This document shows, in pieces, positions 38,098-53,000 of a stretch of DNA of 64,000 nucleotides. A program made the position numbers and the translations under genes. Origin of the DNA: Phoronis australis. Its lineage: Eukaryota; Animalia; Phoronida. The notes under the pieces were generated by a model, which saw only the letters and a program-made list of their open reading frames with translations, was not told the origin of the DNA and did no database searches. Position 1 is the stretch's first letter; the number at the start of each line of letters is the position of its first letter. The stretch covers positions 314,307 to 378,306 of the forward strand of contig NMRA01000382.1 of the NCBI GenBank assembly GCA_002633005.1. Direction: 5' to 3'.

Positions 38098-41000
38098 TTA
38101 CCGGAGCGTGTATCTGACGTAGGGCACATCAACTTCCTCTCCATCTTTGTCATTGCAACAAAGCTCAAATACGAGAGCTCGAACGTGAGGCGGAATCTTT
38201 TTCTTTGACACTTTTTTGACAACCTCGGACATGCTGGGAGAAAAAGACAAACACATTCAGTGTCTACACACAGTACAACAGTCAGACCCTGTCAAACGTG
38301 ACACAGTTACACCAGAATTCTTTAACAATGAGATCGAAATCAATATTCATGGCAATAAACAACAATTTTAGCTAAAACTTAATGCATGTCAGTGTGCCTA
38401 GCTGTCACTAGACCTTTTTCTAGATAAGAAATAAGATAGATTTTTATCCGCTATCCCTTGACATCAAGGTGTAAACCTGCTGCCGCACAGCAGGCATCTG
38501 CTTGAGGTGTGTAAGACATCCTGCTGGGTTATTTACCGTATGAAAGAATACAAAATAAGGTGGCACTTTTTCCTAGTTCTCTGCTTAAGTTGGAAGACTC
38601 TCACTTGACCTATTTAGGTCACAGATAAAGATTTTGACAAAATTTTGCCAGAAATGACACGAATTGGTATGATGAATCGCACGACAAACTGGTCAACACT
38701 GCTTCCCACAGAGGTCCTCACAATTTCCAGGACAGAAAGACCTGATGGAGAGATGTAGCGACCGAGAGACTTTGGCTCAGCAAGCTACCCACATTTCAAG
38801 TGACTTTGAACAATCTCCAAGGTCAGCATAATGAACGTAAAAAGTCAAAACTCAACACGATCAACTTACTTCAGAGGAAGTCGCTCTTTTAGTTTAGCCG
38901 CACCCGTAAAGAACGAGTAGAGCATACAGACGCCGTGAGACAACATGGTGATTTCCAGCCCATGCTTTTCCTGAAATGAACAACAAAGAGAAGTTAGTGA
39001 AACGCACAATGAAACCCTACACAATGTGTTACGTAGATGGTCAACAACAGACGACTGCCCCTTATGCAGCACAAACAGACAGCACAAACTGGCACTTTTC
39101 AGCCCTATTGAGGCACCGTGAATACAAGCTAACTGTGGCTCCACCTATCGTGAACCGCATGTCCTGTCGGGAACCACGTACACTTTAGTGCTTCAAAATT
39201 TATCTTCTTTCACAAATACTAATTTCTGATAAGCACAACCTAACGGTAATGAAATTGACCACGAGATGTTCAGCTTTGCAAAGAATTGACAGCTCACTAT
39301 TGCTTGAGACAAGCTGTCTTGCCACGGCGGGTCATTTTATTGACTCAAGAAACAATGCCCTATTATCTTTTTCTAAGCTCAAAAGCAACTTATCATTTCA
39401 ATTGGGAGAAACTGAGACAAGCACCTGAATCAAGCTTTTTATTTTCCTACCTCAAAATGTTTCAAGAACTTCTCCAAAGACATTTCTCCTTCAACTTCAA
39501 AGCGATCCCAGAGAGTGAACTCATTGTCATAGTACTGCAAGAAACAACAAATCAAATCAAATCTTAACAGCCCACTTCTAACAACTGACAGATCGCAAGC
39601 TCCACTACCTTACGAAAAGTCGACAAACAAACAATACGATTTACCCGGCAACATGATGTTTGTTGGAAAAAATGGTGGCTTAGAACGAAGGTGTGTCAAG
39701 AATTGTGCACTCTGATTCGTCAGTTAAGCCGTCACTCAAAATACTGGCGATAGGTCAATTTGCACGTCAACTGCATTAAAGAAAAAATTCAAAATTGGCA
39801 TCAACACTTTCTTATGTTTAAAGAACAACTCTGACGCTTTTACAGAAATCTCAAAGAAAAAGGAGTCAGCCTGATTAAAAGTACATCCACATCTGGGACT
39901 GAAATACAGTACGAGACAAAAGTATTCAGATAAAATGACCCTGAATTCCCCGATATGATGACTGGGCACAACCTGAAGTCATTGTCAGAAGAGTCCTCCT
40001 TGGTGACCGGAGAAAGAAGAGGAATGAACGATAAAGTTGGCTTAACCATTCTGCAACTAGAATTTTGTCACAATAACAGTTCCAATAACAGTTATTACCA
40101 GTCATTTCTGCTGTTCATAAAATTAGCCGTCATGATGGGGAAACGGTATTTTGTTTGATTACTTTTGTCTTGTACTGTAGCTGCATTGTTTGATTACTTT
40201 TGTCTTGTACTGTAGCTGTATTGTTCGATTACTTTTGTCTTGTACTGTAGCTGTATTGTTTGATTACTTTTGTCTCGTACTGTAGCTGTATTGTTTGATA
40301 ACTTTTGTCTTGTACTGTACATTTAACTCATTGGACTGTACTAAAACTCTAAAACTGACTGTGACACAGAAACTGTAGTCACAGTAAATATTAGACAGAA
40401 TTCCAAACAAATATCTAAAAGCAGAGGCTTTAAGTGGATTCGCTGGAATTGGACCAGATTCTTGTAGTTTTAAAATGAGGAGCAATTATAATATCTAGTT
40501 TTGCACATCCATCATTTGTCAGACCTTTTATTCGAAAACAACTGTTGACTTTTGCAGTGAAAGACCCGCTGTAGACGATTTGCAAACTTCACATGCATCC
40601 ATTCAACAGTGATTTTATCCCACTGATTGACTGAGAGTCATTTTTGAACACAAGATTTATCACATTTTCTTACCTTGGTTTTGGGTGCTGGGATTGGCTC
40701 TGAAAACCCGAAGAATGGCAGCGCCAGGTTGACAAACCCATTCTTGTAAGACTCCAATTTCTTGTGTCCTTGTATGAGCTATAGAGAACAAAGTGCAATT
40801 AGGACACTGGAGTGAAAAGGAACCAAACTGTAGTCAATGAAATACCAAAAGTCAAGGAAGACAACAACGACATTTGTCACTTTCTTTACTCACTATCTAA
40901 ATATCTCCAAATCAAAATGACTGCAATTGCATTCATGTCCCACAGAAAACTAATTATGTCAAGTTGAAGTCGGGAATCTTAAATTTGAAGCAATCTAAAA

Positions 41001-44000
41001 GTCCCTGTCATCAGCAGTGTTATCGTAATGTGATTAGTAATGCTAACTCGCCACGCAAAAGATACGAGCCAAAACATGGACCGAACCAGTTTTGATAGAC
41101 AGCACTGTGAGTTTAATATATCACACATTGCGCACGATGTTCAACATAGGATACAACACCCAGGGTGAGTTCAGGGAAAATAGTATCTCACAAGTTTGGG
41201 AGATCATGCAAATGTTCACAGGATATCACCCAGCAATACAAGTGAAGCATGTCATCTGAATAGCCTTGATGAGTAACTAGCGTCACAGAACAAACACCTT
41301 TTGACTCCAGCTTACCTTGTACATCTCTAAACACACCAGTCCTGTGACAAGCGAAGTCGTGGTGGCGATGGCCGGAATGATTTTACCAGCTATTAGTTTA
41401 CTCTGAAAGGGGAACGAAACAGAATTACAAAAAATATAAAGAGAGAGGGCTAAACAAGTTTTAGATGTACTTTCTAGACTCAGTATTTAATCACCAAATT
41501 CAATTTTTTTGACATTTCCTGCTCTAAGTAGAAGTGTCAATAATTCTGTGCTTGAATGTATTACGGTTTAAAACGCAGATTAGTGTCGAATTCAAATTCG
41601 AATTAAATGACCCAAAATTTTCAGAGTAAAAACTCAAGATTTCAAGCAAAAATTACATTTTTAGTCGACTCCAGCTTACATGTTTCATGTTGGGGTCATC
41701 AAGTACAAACTAAGATTAGTGTCACTTACATAAACCATAATGTGCTAGAGCACAATATAATAGACACTTATATTGACTTCACACAAATGTAGAGCAGAAG
41801 ACACTATTTACAGCTCCACATACCCATGACACGAACCTTACGTTCCATAACATTCAAGCTCATCTCAAGGATCACATTGATTCAACGTTATGAACGTGAA
41901 CAGCTTTAGAGAGTAAATGGAATCACCATAGTTGAGTGACCCGTTCGTGACCGTTGACCTACCTTGTGCCTATCAGCGGGTGGTATGTCGTAGTTCTCCG
42001 CTCGAAGGTTGGAGCAGGCGACAATGAAGTCCATGTGGAAATTGGTGTCGTCGTCCTTCTCAAATTCAAGCGGATGTATGTTCACACCCTTCAGTGAGTC
42101 GGGTGAAGGCAGCTCCGCCTGTAGGCGCTCAACATAATCAGCATCTGCAAGGTCGCGAATAAAGCTCTTCTAGTTGATCTTTGTTTTTTGTAAAATTTAA
42201 CAAAATAGAATTTCAGACAGCAATAACGAGTCATAAATAATGGAAGAATTACCATTGCTAAGGGACGCTATGGGACGCTAAGGGCTATGTACAACAACCC
42301 CTTGGTAATAACCAGCCAAGTGTCTCCATTCTAAGCTAACAATGAAAAGCAGCTCCAGTAAAAGTCAAAGTCTAACATTTGATACATCCTCCCCCCAACA
42401 AGTCTACTTACCCACGCTGCCCTCGTTGGACCGAGCCTGAGCCTCGCTGTCAGTCACGTCGATCTGCACTCCAGACCTGGGCTCAAAGTGAGCTACTTTG
42501 ACGCTGGCCAGGATTTTGGCGATGGCGCCGCGGTCACGGTTCTGCTTCAGATCATACATGTCCGCACGGAGATTGGCAGCAGCAACGATGAAGTCCAAAT
42601 GAGTGACCTACGGATCACGTGATAGCTATGAAAATTCGTGAGAGCATCATTCTAGCATAGACAAAAATTGTAAGCTACCATAGACAACACCGCTATAAAA
42701 CTGGCCTCATTTTGGTCATTGCTCGTATCAGAAGTGGTTTCTAGGTCTTGAGGGAAGTTGCAGAGTATCACTGACAGACCATAGTTAGCGTGATCTGCTG
42801 TGACAAGCCACTCTTGAGACACCTCTAAGCCATGAACAAACTGCCAATTCGTTCCTTAATACATAAATCACAATTTAAAACCAATATCCCCACTGAAACG
42901 ATATTTCCCCAGCCAACGGTGGATTTACCGTAGCTTTAAGACTATTACTAAAAAAGGCACTTGATGCTTGAGTGGTTAAAAAGTTACAAAATCTATGGGT
43001 TGAGGGGTTTACATTTTTGCCCAGGTACACTGAAATACCCCGACTCCTGGCAAGACTTTTGCCGTTCTCGACAAGAGAAGACCAACAAGGTAGAAAACTC
43101 AGGGGCCATCCAGAGATTAACTGTGCTGTCTGAAGCAACATTTCCAGGTAAATGTTAGCAAGTGTTGCACTTACATGGAGAATGATAATGTTACAATGTA
43201 AACTGGGGAGACCAAGAGTGTTAGGTGATCCATAAGATACAAAACAAAGCTTCAGGATTATAAATACATTTGGCACATTACTATGACTCAGCCAGAAATT
43301 TAAGCTATACTCACATTGTTGACGTCAAAGTCCAAGGCATGTGGACACCGCTTGGGCCCAGACCAAAACAAAGCCCCGGAAGTAGTAACCTGCAAGATAA
43401 CACTCAAATTCACCGCGATCAGACACGATTACTATTAAACACTATGTTTTTGGTTAATAATCGGACATAACAAGTCGCATTTTGACAACCAGCTTTCTAC
43501 ACTGAATATCCGACATCAAATTGATTCTCAAAATGCGGGCATGTTATATCCGACTATTGCCCGCTTTTGATCCATTTGTTAGAAACACGGTTGAAAAACA
43601 TCCCAATTTTACACCAACTACAGCAACGAAGGTTTTAAGAGGACATGTCTATTACACACCAACTACAGCCAGGATGCTGAACGAGGACATGTCTATTATA
43701 CACAAACTACAGCCAGGATGCTATGCAAGGACATGTCTATTAAACACCAACTACAGTCACGAGGTTATACGAGGACATGTCTATTATACACCAACTACAG
43801 CCAGGATGTTTTACGAAGACATGTCAATTATACACCAACTACAGCCAGGATGCTGTACGAGGACATGTCTATTATACACCAACTACAGCCACAAGGTTAT
43901 ATGAGGACATGTCTATAATACACCAACTACAGCCAGGTGGTTGTACAAGGACATGTCTATTATACACCAACTACAGCCAGGAGGTTGAAGGACATGTCTA

Positions 44001-47000
44001 TTATACACCAAACAGAGCCAGAAGGTTGTTTGAGGACATGTGTATTATACATCAACTACAGCCAGGAGGTTGTACGAGGACATGTCTGACCCAAGATTTC
44101 TATTAAGTCAAAAGTTCCAACACATTTTTGAAGGAACCAAATCCATCAGATAGGAACCGTCAAAACTAAGATTAATTCCATGTGAAATACTAACTTGTCA
44201 CAATGCCTGAACATGGCTCGTGATTTTGCGCAAGTCTCTTACTAGCCACAGATGTTGGCTGGCAGCTGGTCCTCTCACCACGTACGTATAGATTTAACAA
44301 AATTCTGTAACCATTCCCCAAACTCCAGAAACTATTCAACCAGCGCATCATCATGAAACGGGACATCTCACAATTTCTACCAACCTGATCTTTGGGGAAG
44401 TTAAACAACAGCTGTCGTATAGTGTTGCTATATCTATCTTGAAACAACTGCCGTGCCCAGGCAACGCAGTCCTCAAATGAATTTGGACGATCATCAACAA
44501 GGGTCTTCTTCAAGGATTCCAGAATTTCCATCTGAAAACAACACAGATGTTCACATAGTCAGAAAGCAGAAATGCAGTTTAATGTGCTTAACATATACAG
44601 TACAAGCCAAAACTACTCAGACAAAATAACCCGGAAATTCCTCTCAAAGCGGCTGGACAGAAGCCAAATTTGTCGTCAAAAAATCTCTCAAAACGAAGAA
44701 TGAAAAAGAATTAACAGGAATGTTACTAACGTGGGTGAGTCATTCTGTAATTAGAATTTTGCCACCCTAATATTTATAACCAATAAACTTTGTTGTTGAC
44801 AAAAAAGTCATGACGGGAAAAACTGAATTTAGTCTGATCCCTTTTTTTCTTGTACTGTGTCACTCAGCAAGTTCTGGGCAAGTAAAATCTACAACTGTAT
44901 TCACACACTAACACAGTGCACACCAAATATTATCAAACAAAACAAAATCATGACAACCGAGTGTAATTGAAATTGCCTGTCACGAAGTCAGGGTGCAATA
45001 GGTATTTGTCATCAGAGTAGCTAGAACTGACCTATCATAAGGATTTTAAGTAACGACTTAACTGACCAATCAGATAGCAGCATTTCTGACACACCTTTGT
45101 TTCCAAGCTGCCCCTATACCGGACAACACGTTGCCAGGTAAAACTTATTGTTTGCTTGTCGACTTTTTCCCAAAGGGACATACCTTGTGATAGGTCAATT
45201 ACCTGCCATGACAACGAAACAGCAATTTTTCTGATTACTTTGGGTATGCAGTCTAGAACGAACTACAAAACCAAAGAAAAGCCGTTTGCCTTAAAATGCC
45301 GTACATGGCATTGTTGAGAAACTAATTTAAAAAGCAACACTACTTGTATATCCCACCATAAACAATATACTGCAAACAATGCACACACATTTTTCCAGCA
45401 AGAGGGAGCTTTAGTCAAATTATGTGACACACACAAAACAATTTTGTAATTTATTTTGCCAATTGAAATAAAACAGAAAAAATAAACCAGAAAACGTATA
45501 GTGACCTCAGTTTGTCTCTGCTATTCCATCCCACCACACACACTCATTCACAGGTCTCCTAAACTCTCTATTAACACAGAGTTTCTGTGTGGATCAAAAG
45601 AAAGTGCCACTTGGTAATCAATAACACCGCTTGATGCTTAGCTGAACACCAAGTTTCATTCGGCGACCCCGCAAAAATCCCAGGTCGCCAAACGAAATCA
45701 TCGGCGCTGACGGCTGACGACCTTGTGGTGACTTCGAATTTTTCCCAGGTCGCCAAACACAATCTGAGTTTGCTTTGGCAATCTGCAGGTTGCCAAATCG
45801 AGCGCTGAGTAATGGCAACCACAGAACCCAAAACTCACTGGGTGCACTCCTGGCAGTTTGAGTGTTCGCTCCATAAACTTGGGATCTGTAGCATACTGTT
45901 GTGTGTTCTCAGCTGGGTCGCTGAACAAGCCTTTGAACTGATCACGGGCCCACTGCAACAAACAATGGCAATGTGAGTGCTGAACAAGTAGTACTATCAA
46001 CTTATCACGGGCCCACTCAACAAAAACATTTTTGTCTTTTTCTAGTTATGCATGGTGAGTAGGAACACTTTACTCTGTAGCGTTGTGGCAAAGCACCAGA
46101 GCCCTCTGTCAAAAAGCAGCTTTGGATTTTGACCTTCAACAGTTCCAATTTGCTCCATACTTGGATTAGAAATCACCTCAAGACTTGAGATAACTGACAG
46201 GTCATCCTTGAATCAGGCCGGAATAATTAAAATGCTCATTACAATGAGTAACTTTCCATTGCCAAAGCAGTAAGAGGCTATCAGGGGAATTACAGGCACT
46301 TATTGTGGCCAAATACACATGTGGAGAAACTTGGGATGCTTTCACATGCATTGTGTAGGTCTGATTTAAAGAAGGTTCCACCTACCTGCAGGGTGTGTTC
46401 GATTGCGTTGGGAAAGTTTTTGAGCGTACACATAGGAATAGTCTTCTCAGGTGGGTCTTGTGAAGATGAATAGGATTCGGTCAAGTGTGGGATGACCACC
46501 TAGGAACAAAGAACGTTTAGTAGCAATTGTCACCATGACAACTGATATGACCCTTGGAGCAATATAAGACTAGTTTCAACTTTGACTAATTCCAAGTATT
46601 CTGAAATAAATAAACACAGTGTGATGCCATCGGCAGTCAAAAGAGTGAACAACAAATAAGAAAAGGCATCTACAAAAAATGAACTCGTTATTTAGCTAAG
46701 TGAGTTAGAGATAAAATTCTCTGCAGACCCACGTATAAAGTCATGTAAATTGCTATTTAAAATGAGTTTGAGCCGAAAACGATCACCATCCCGTGCACCA
46801 GCTAGCAAAGCCCTTATTCAGATTTTTTTGTTTTCACATACAAATTATTCGGGAATACACATGCCGCTTGGTTAGCGTGGGATATGTCAAGATAGCTATA
46901 ATGCTCACAGTAGTTCCTAGGGGACATTAGCCAAAAATTATCAGACAAAATGACCAGGAATTCTCTTCGTGACGACTGAGCTCAACAGTAATTCCCCATT

Positions 47001-50000
47001 ATGTCAGCTGAGTTAAACCGTAGCTAGCAAAGACCCATCATAAAGAGGGAAATAGTACTTTGGTCGATTACTTGTGACGTGTACTATACTAGCAAGCACT
47101 CACTTAATTCCAGCTAAAGAAATATAACAGACTGGCACTGGTGCTACACTTGTAAAGTTTTGAAGACACTCACATCATAGAAAAGACCACAAAACAGTAT
47201 AAAGATGACCAATTCACAAAAATGGAACAGGTGAAATATTGTAGATTACACAGAACAAAATTCACCTAGACCAGTCATCTAAACTGCCATCTACACATTT
47301 AAGACAACTTTGCTGACAAACGGAACGCAACACTAGATGATCCTTGAGCAAACCATGAAACTACATTGGGCTGACACAACGTTGATTTGGGCCAACCAAT
47401 GACAGCTTGAGCCGACAGTATAAGTGCTTACCTGTACATTGCCCTTTGTTCCCAGGGTTCCGGACTCCAGCAACGACTTCCTGTAGTAGATGCATCTCCT
47501 GTCCATATACAGACCTGTGCAGACACAAAGTACACATGTTCATACAAATACATCTGTGACACAGATAGGTGAGAAAAAACAAAATCAAGTGTCTTTAACA
47601 AAGCGATGTTACAAATGAGAGGTCCTGCTTTTCTATGCAAGACCTTGGAGTTTTTATTTCCGAATTATGCAGCTGATTTCACTGGAGTTTGGAAAGTGAT
47701 AGTTCAAGGACCAATTGTCATGTATGTAAAATACACAGAATTAACACACCGAGATTTTCACAAAACACTTTCAACTGATNCCGGAATTCCTTGTCACGAC
47801 GGCCGAGTGCAAGTGGTTTTTACAATCGGAGTAGCTAGCAAAGACCCATCATAAAGAGGGAAATAGTATTTTGGTTGATTACTTGTGACGTGTACTATAC
47901 TAGCAAGCACTCACTTAATTCCAGCTAAAGAAATATAACAGACCGGCACTGGTGCTACACTTGTAAAGTTTTGAAGACACTCACATCATAGAAAAGACCA
48001 CATAACAGTATAAAGATGACCAATTTGCAAAAATGGAACAGGTGAAATATTGTAAATTACACAGAACAAAATTCATCTAGACCAGTCATCTAAACTGCCA
48101 TCTACACATTTAAGACAACTTTGATGACAAACGGAACGCAACACTAGATGATCCTTGAGCAAACCATGAAACTACATTGGGCTGACACAACGTTGATTTG
48201 GGCCAACCAATGACAGCTTGAGCCGACAGTAAGTGCTTACCTGTACATTGCCCTTTGTTCCCAGAGTTCCGGACTCCAGCAACGACTTCCTGTAGTAGAT
48301 GCATCTCCTGTCCATATACAGACCTGAGCAGACACAAAGTACACATGTTCATACAAATACATCTGTGACACAGATAGGTGAGAAAAAACAAAATCAAGTG
48401 TCTTTAACAAAGCGATGTTACAAATGAGAGGTCCTGCTTTTCTATGCAAGACCTTGGAGTTTTTATTTCCGAATTATGCAGCTAACTTCACTGGAGTTTG
48501 GAAAGTGATAGTTCAAGGACCAATTGTCATGTATGTAAAATACACAGAATTAACACACCGAGATTTTCACAAAACACTTTCAACTGATAGAATGGAACAA
48601 CTGGCCTGAGTAATTCTGCCTTCTAGTGGAAAAAGAGAGAAACTTACTAGACACAAAATGCAAATTAATTCCACTTCCATAAACAAACGTGACCATTAAC
48701 GACTGCTTTATAAAAGTCAGGCGAATTCCACTGCACCCGCAGACATTTTCTTTCTGCCACTTCAACAAAAGGTATGCTAATTTCAACTAATCACAGTCAT
48801 GGGAAGTTATTCATCTGAGGCAACTCTGAAACTCCACCCAGCAACAGGTTCACTTACGTGCGTCAACGTTGTCCAGTGCATTAGTGACACCTGTCAACGC
48901 CTCAAAGAACTCGTCTGTGTAGATGTTCTCCGTGTCTGCACCAACGCGGTTCTCATGCGGCGTGATCTTAACACTGGGATTCATCTGGCGTACCGCGTTA
49001 GCCGCGCACGACGACTTAGTTTTCTGCAACACACACGATCTGGTTTTCCTGGCAACTCACTTCAACTTTCAATCACAAGCTTAATCCACAGAGAAATACA
49101 AATGCGATATTCTTTGATGCCAAGGGAGATGTTACAAAAATGCATTTCTTTAGGTATAAAAAGAGCAATGTAACACAGTATTCTCACAAGCTTACGTCAA
49201 TAAGACAAAAAACAGCACTCATGCGTGTTTAAACAGCTTTGTTTGCATAAGACCTGCAACTGTAAAATTATTTTTAGTAGCAACATGTCCTGTTAACCTG
49301 GCTTAAGGAATTTTCAAACTTGATAATTTCTGGGCCTTTGATAGTGCGCCCAGCATGCCTTGAAAATTACATACTGTGGCATCAGCGATACCAATACTTA
49401 CCGAGACGTCCCATGGTCTGAACAAGAACTGGCGATTGAGATTCGACTTCTCAATCGTATCCATATCTGTGACAGTTATGTGTCCGTTGTCGCCGCAGGC
49501 AAGACCAGTCATGGCCCAGTTCTTGAGCATCTCACAGCCGATGGCGCCGGCGCCAACCTACAAAAAGAGATTGAGGTCCAACAATAGATATTTGCCTTAT
49601 TGTAATTACGAAGAGCATCTCGAAGGTATATTTAAACTGAACTGAGGAAACACAAGTGAGAACGTCTAAAAATAGACAATATATGCACACGCGAAATTGG
49701 CAGTATCAAGTCTTAACCAAATCTACAGAAATACAGTCTTCGCAATTGCACAGGAGGCACCTACCAAGAAATACTTGGAGTCCCCCAATTTCTTTTGAAA
49801 CTCTTCACCAAACACAGCAATTTGAGAGTCGTAGCGACTGTTTCTCTGGAAACACAAGCATGCATGGTTACGACAGGCCTAACCACGGACATATAATAAT
49901 GTAAACTAAGAATTTTTATTCCAGAACACATACGACACAATCTTAAATCCATGTAATGCATTCAACACATTTCTCAACCATTAAACAACCTCACGTATTG

Positions 50001-53000
50001 GACTCAACCTCCTAATCGTAAGAAAATCATTTTATAACAAATGTCATACGTAACCAAATTATTCACCACACATGTAACTTTAGTAACATGATGCAGAGAT
50101 TGGTGACATGCAAACTGTTTCTGGCAATTTCTTGTCTTCTCATTTATAAAATCTAACTCAATCCCGTGAAACGATGCTATATTCACCTAGACATGCAAGA
50201 TCATTAAAACACACTACAATATGACAAGACCTCACTAACTGACTACACTACCCGACTACCAAACAATCTTACCAATTTTGGCCAAAAAACTGTTGCCATA
50301 ACTGACCTTTCAGCATACATAGAATTTTCACATTATTGCGAATGTCAAGTTTATCAAAATATTGTCCGATGGTAGCTACCGTATACAGCTTGGAGACACA
50401 AGATCGTTTACTTAATAAGGCGCTATGTATCTTTCAAGGAAAAACTAGATTCATTAAATTTCAACTGTCATCCACATGGTGTCCTACATTGATGAGATTT
50501 AACCATACTTCCTAAATCCTACGGAGAAACTCACTGGTTTGCAACTCTTCTCGGTCAGCTCTTGGTCTGCATTTTCTTCAGGCAGACACTCGAGGGCGTC
50601 GAAGTACAAGAACTGAGAGATGGGATTGAACTTTCCACTGCACGCCTGTCAACAGTACACATCACAATAGTACATCTTAGAGGCTTGCGCTACATCCAGG
50701 CCTGCCATTTCAAACAACCAACAAGGCAAATTTGAAAAAAAAATATAGTTATTGCCCGTAAATTTGGTAAACAATTTAACCAAGAACAGTAGTCAAGCCA
50801 AAGTGTACTATGTAAGTTAGAAAAGCAGGAAAACTATCTGCTCACACTTTTAAAACATTAACCAAATGAAAACAACAGATTGAGCAGAAACAACAACAAA
50901 TCCTTAATTAATTTCAGCGTCAAACATGCAAACCTCAAAAGTTGGATAAAATAAAACTGAAGCGTTTTATTAAGCCAAAATAACATTAATGAGCTCCATC
51001 TTGGCCAGAGTATGACAGTATGGAATGTTAACTTGTCCCATCTTCCAAGTTTGCTAAATTAATGCAAAAGATCCTCCAATATGAAACAACGGTGTCCCAA
51101 TGGATATAGTTATAAAATCGAAACTGCGCTCACTAAAGCTTTCATATACAACAAACCTCACTGAGATAAATGGTTTGTTTTGATTTGACTTTTACAGAAA
51201 GGAACCTAATGACTGACCTTCATAACTTCCTGTGCAGCGACTCCACCAATCACAGCCTGCATTGGACAAAGGTCGCCAGCAGCACAGTATGAAAACTGAC
51301 GCGCTAAGTCAGCGTCCACCTCTTCTACCTTGGCTTCTGATTGGCTGTTGACCTCTTTCGCAATGGCAATGAAGGTTTCAGCGTCAGCCTGCGATGAAGG
51401 ACAATACATCATAGCTATGCTGTTGATCGGCAAGAATGCAAGTGCAAATTTAAGTACTTTTGGTATTTGGTGTTGTCGTCATTCATCACTGACCAATGGT
51501 CACTTCCAACATCTACCACATGTACAACATCATAATTAGTCATGTAATTTGAGACAGAAAATAAAGAAAGAATATTTTTAGATGTAGACTTAACGTAAGT
51601 CATGGAACATAACATATGCAGATCCTGAACAGACATGGAAAAATATAGATCACAAACATTCTTAAGTTTGGTCTGCACGCCACCTATTGGCCTCATAATC
51701 AGGTCACGTGATGTGGCCAACAGGTGGTGTGTAGACCAGACATAAGAATGTTTGTGATAAGCCATGAAAGTCAAACTAAAATAAACAAGAACGTGCTCAG
51801 AGATTACAGCAAGACACCTCTTGGCTTTCAGTTCCCACTTCGAGTATTTTCAAAATTTATTTTAGCACTAGATATTCAGAATCCTGTTCTTTCATGACCA
51901 GCTTTGAAAATGTTGACAACATTATTTCTCCACAACAACAGCAGCAGTACAAGACCACTCAACAAAGAATTTGAAATCAGATGACTATAACAATGAATGT
52001 AAAACCAAGAGTCAAGTTATGAATTCCCAGTGGCGTGCACTTTCAACTTCACTACATCACAAAAATATCCCAATTTCCTTTAACTATAAAAATTTTAAAT
52101 GACAACTTAATTTCAGAGGTAAAATTACACTAATTCCACCAGTTTCCTTGCGGTCACAGAAGTTCAGGGTGTCTGAACAATACCATCACTTTACAAAACA
52201 CGTTCCACTGTGGTCCGCTCACCTTACTCCTGGGTGCAGGCATACGCTTGTTGCGTTTGACGAACTCGTGCAGGGCCTGGTAAAAAATGTGCAGCTGGCC
52301 GGGCCTCTCAAATTTTGCAAAGTCGGTCATCACAAACTCTGGAGCTTTCATGGCATTGCGCAGTGATTTCTGAGAACAAGAAAAGTGACAACACAATGGT
52401 GACTGCTCCTTATGGATACCTATGCATAACCAAAATAGCACTTCATTAGACGACTTCAATCATGACTCACAAGGCAGACCCATCAAGGCTGCAAAAGTGG
52501 AGGGAGCCTTATAAAAAAGTCTAAGAAAACAAAAATGCAGTATACGGACAGGAAATGATGACAAGCTAAACCTTGCTTAGACAATGTGTGTAATGCGATT
52601 CATTCCCCTTTGAAATAATGCCAAAAGGTTAGTGTGCCACGAGTGTTCATCAAAGTTCTTCACCTGCCTTAACAATATCATGAATACCATGTCACAGATG
52701 GGAGTCAGCATCAGAGGAGAAGCTCCCTTATACCGAAGCATTGACCATAACTCAAACATTACTAATTAACAGACCACCTGACGGGTGTTATCGTTTGATT
52801 TTGCTCTACAATGCGGCTTATTCTAAGAATTACACTTCACAGCTTAAGAAAGAAAAAAAAACGACCCCCACACCCTTTTTGGTACCTTTTCTATTTTTCT
52901 TACAACCGATACACTAAAATGCAACCAATTTTGAAATGAAGCGACAAGACAACTCAGTCACGTTCACCTTAATGATAGATAATAACCGCCGCCAACAGAA

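Noticed and set aside
43521-44106. Three overlapping + strand ORFs with repeated peptides
   Set aside because: They are translations of the 44-bp minisatellite inside a UBA1 intron.
45925-45952. WARDQFKG instead of the human WARDEFEG in UBA1
   Set aside because: These positions vary among E1 enzymes (the yeast sequence also differs), so it is not evidence of altered function.
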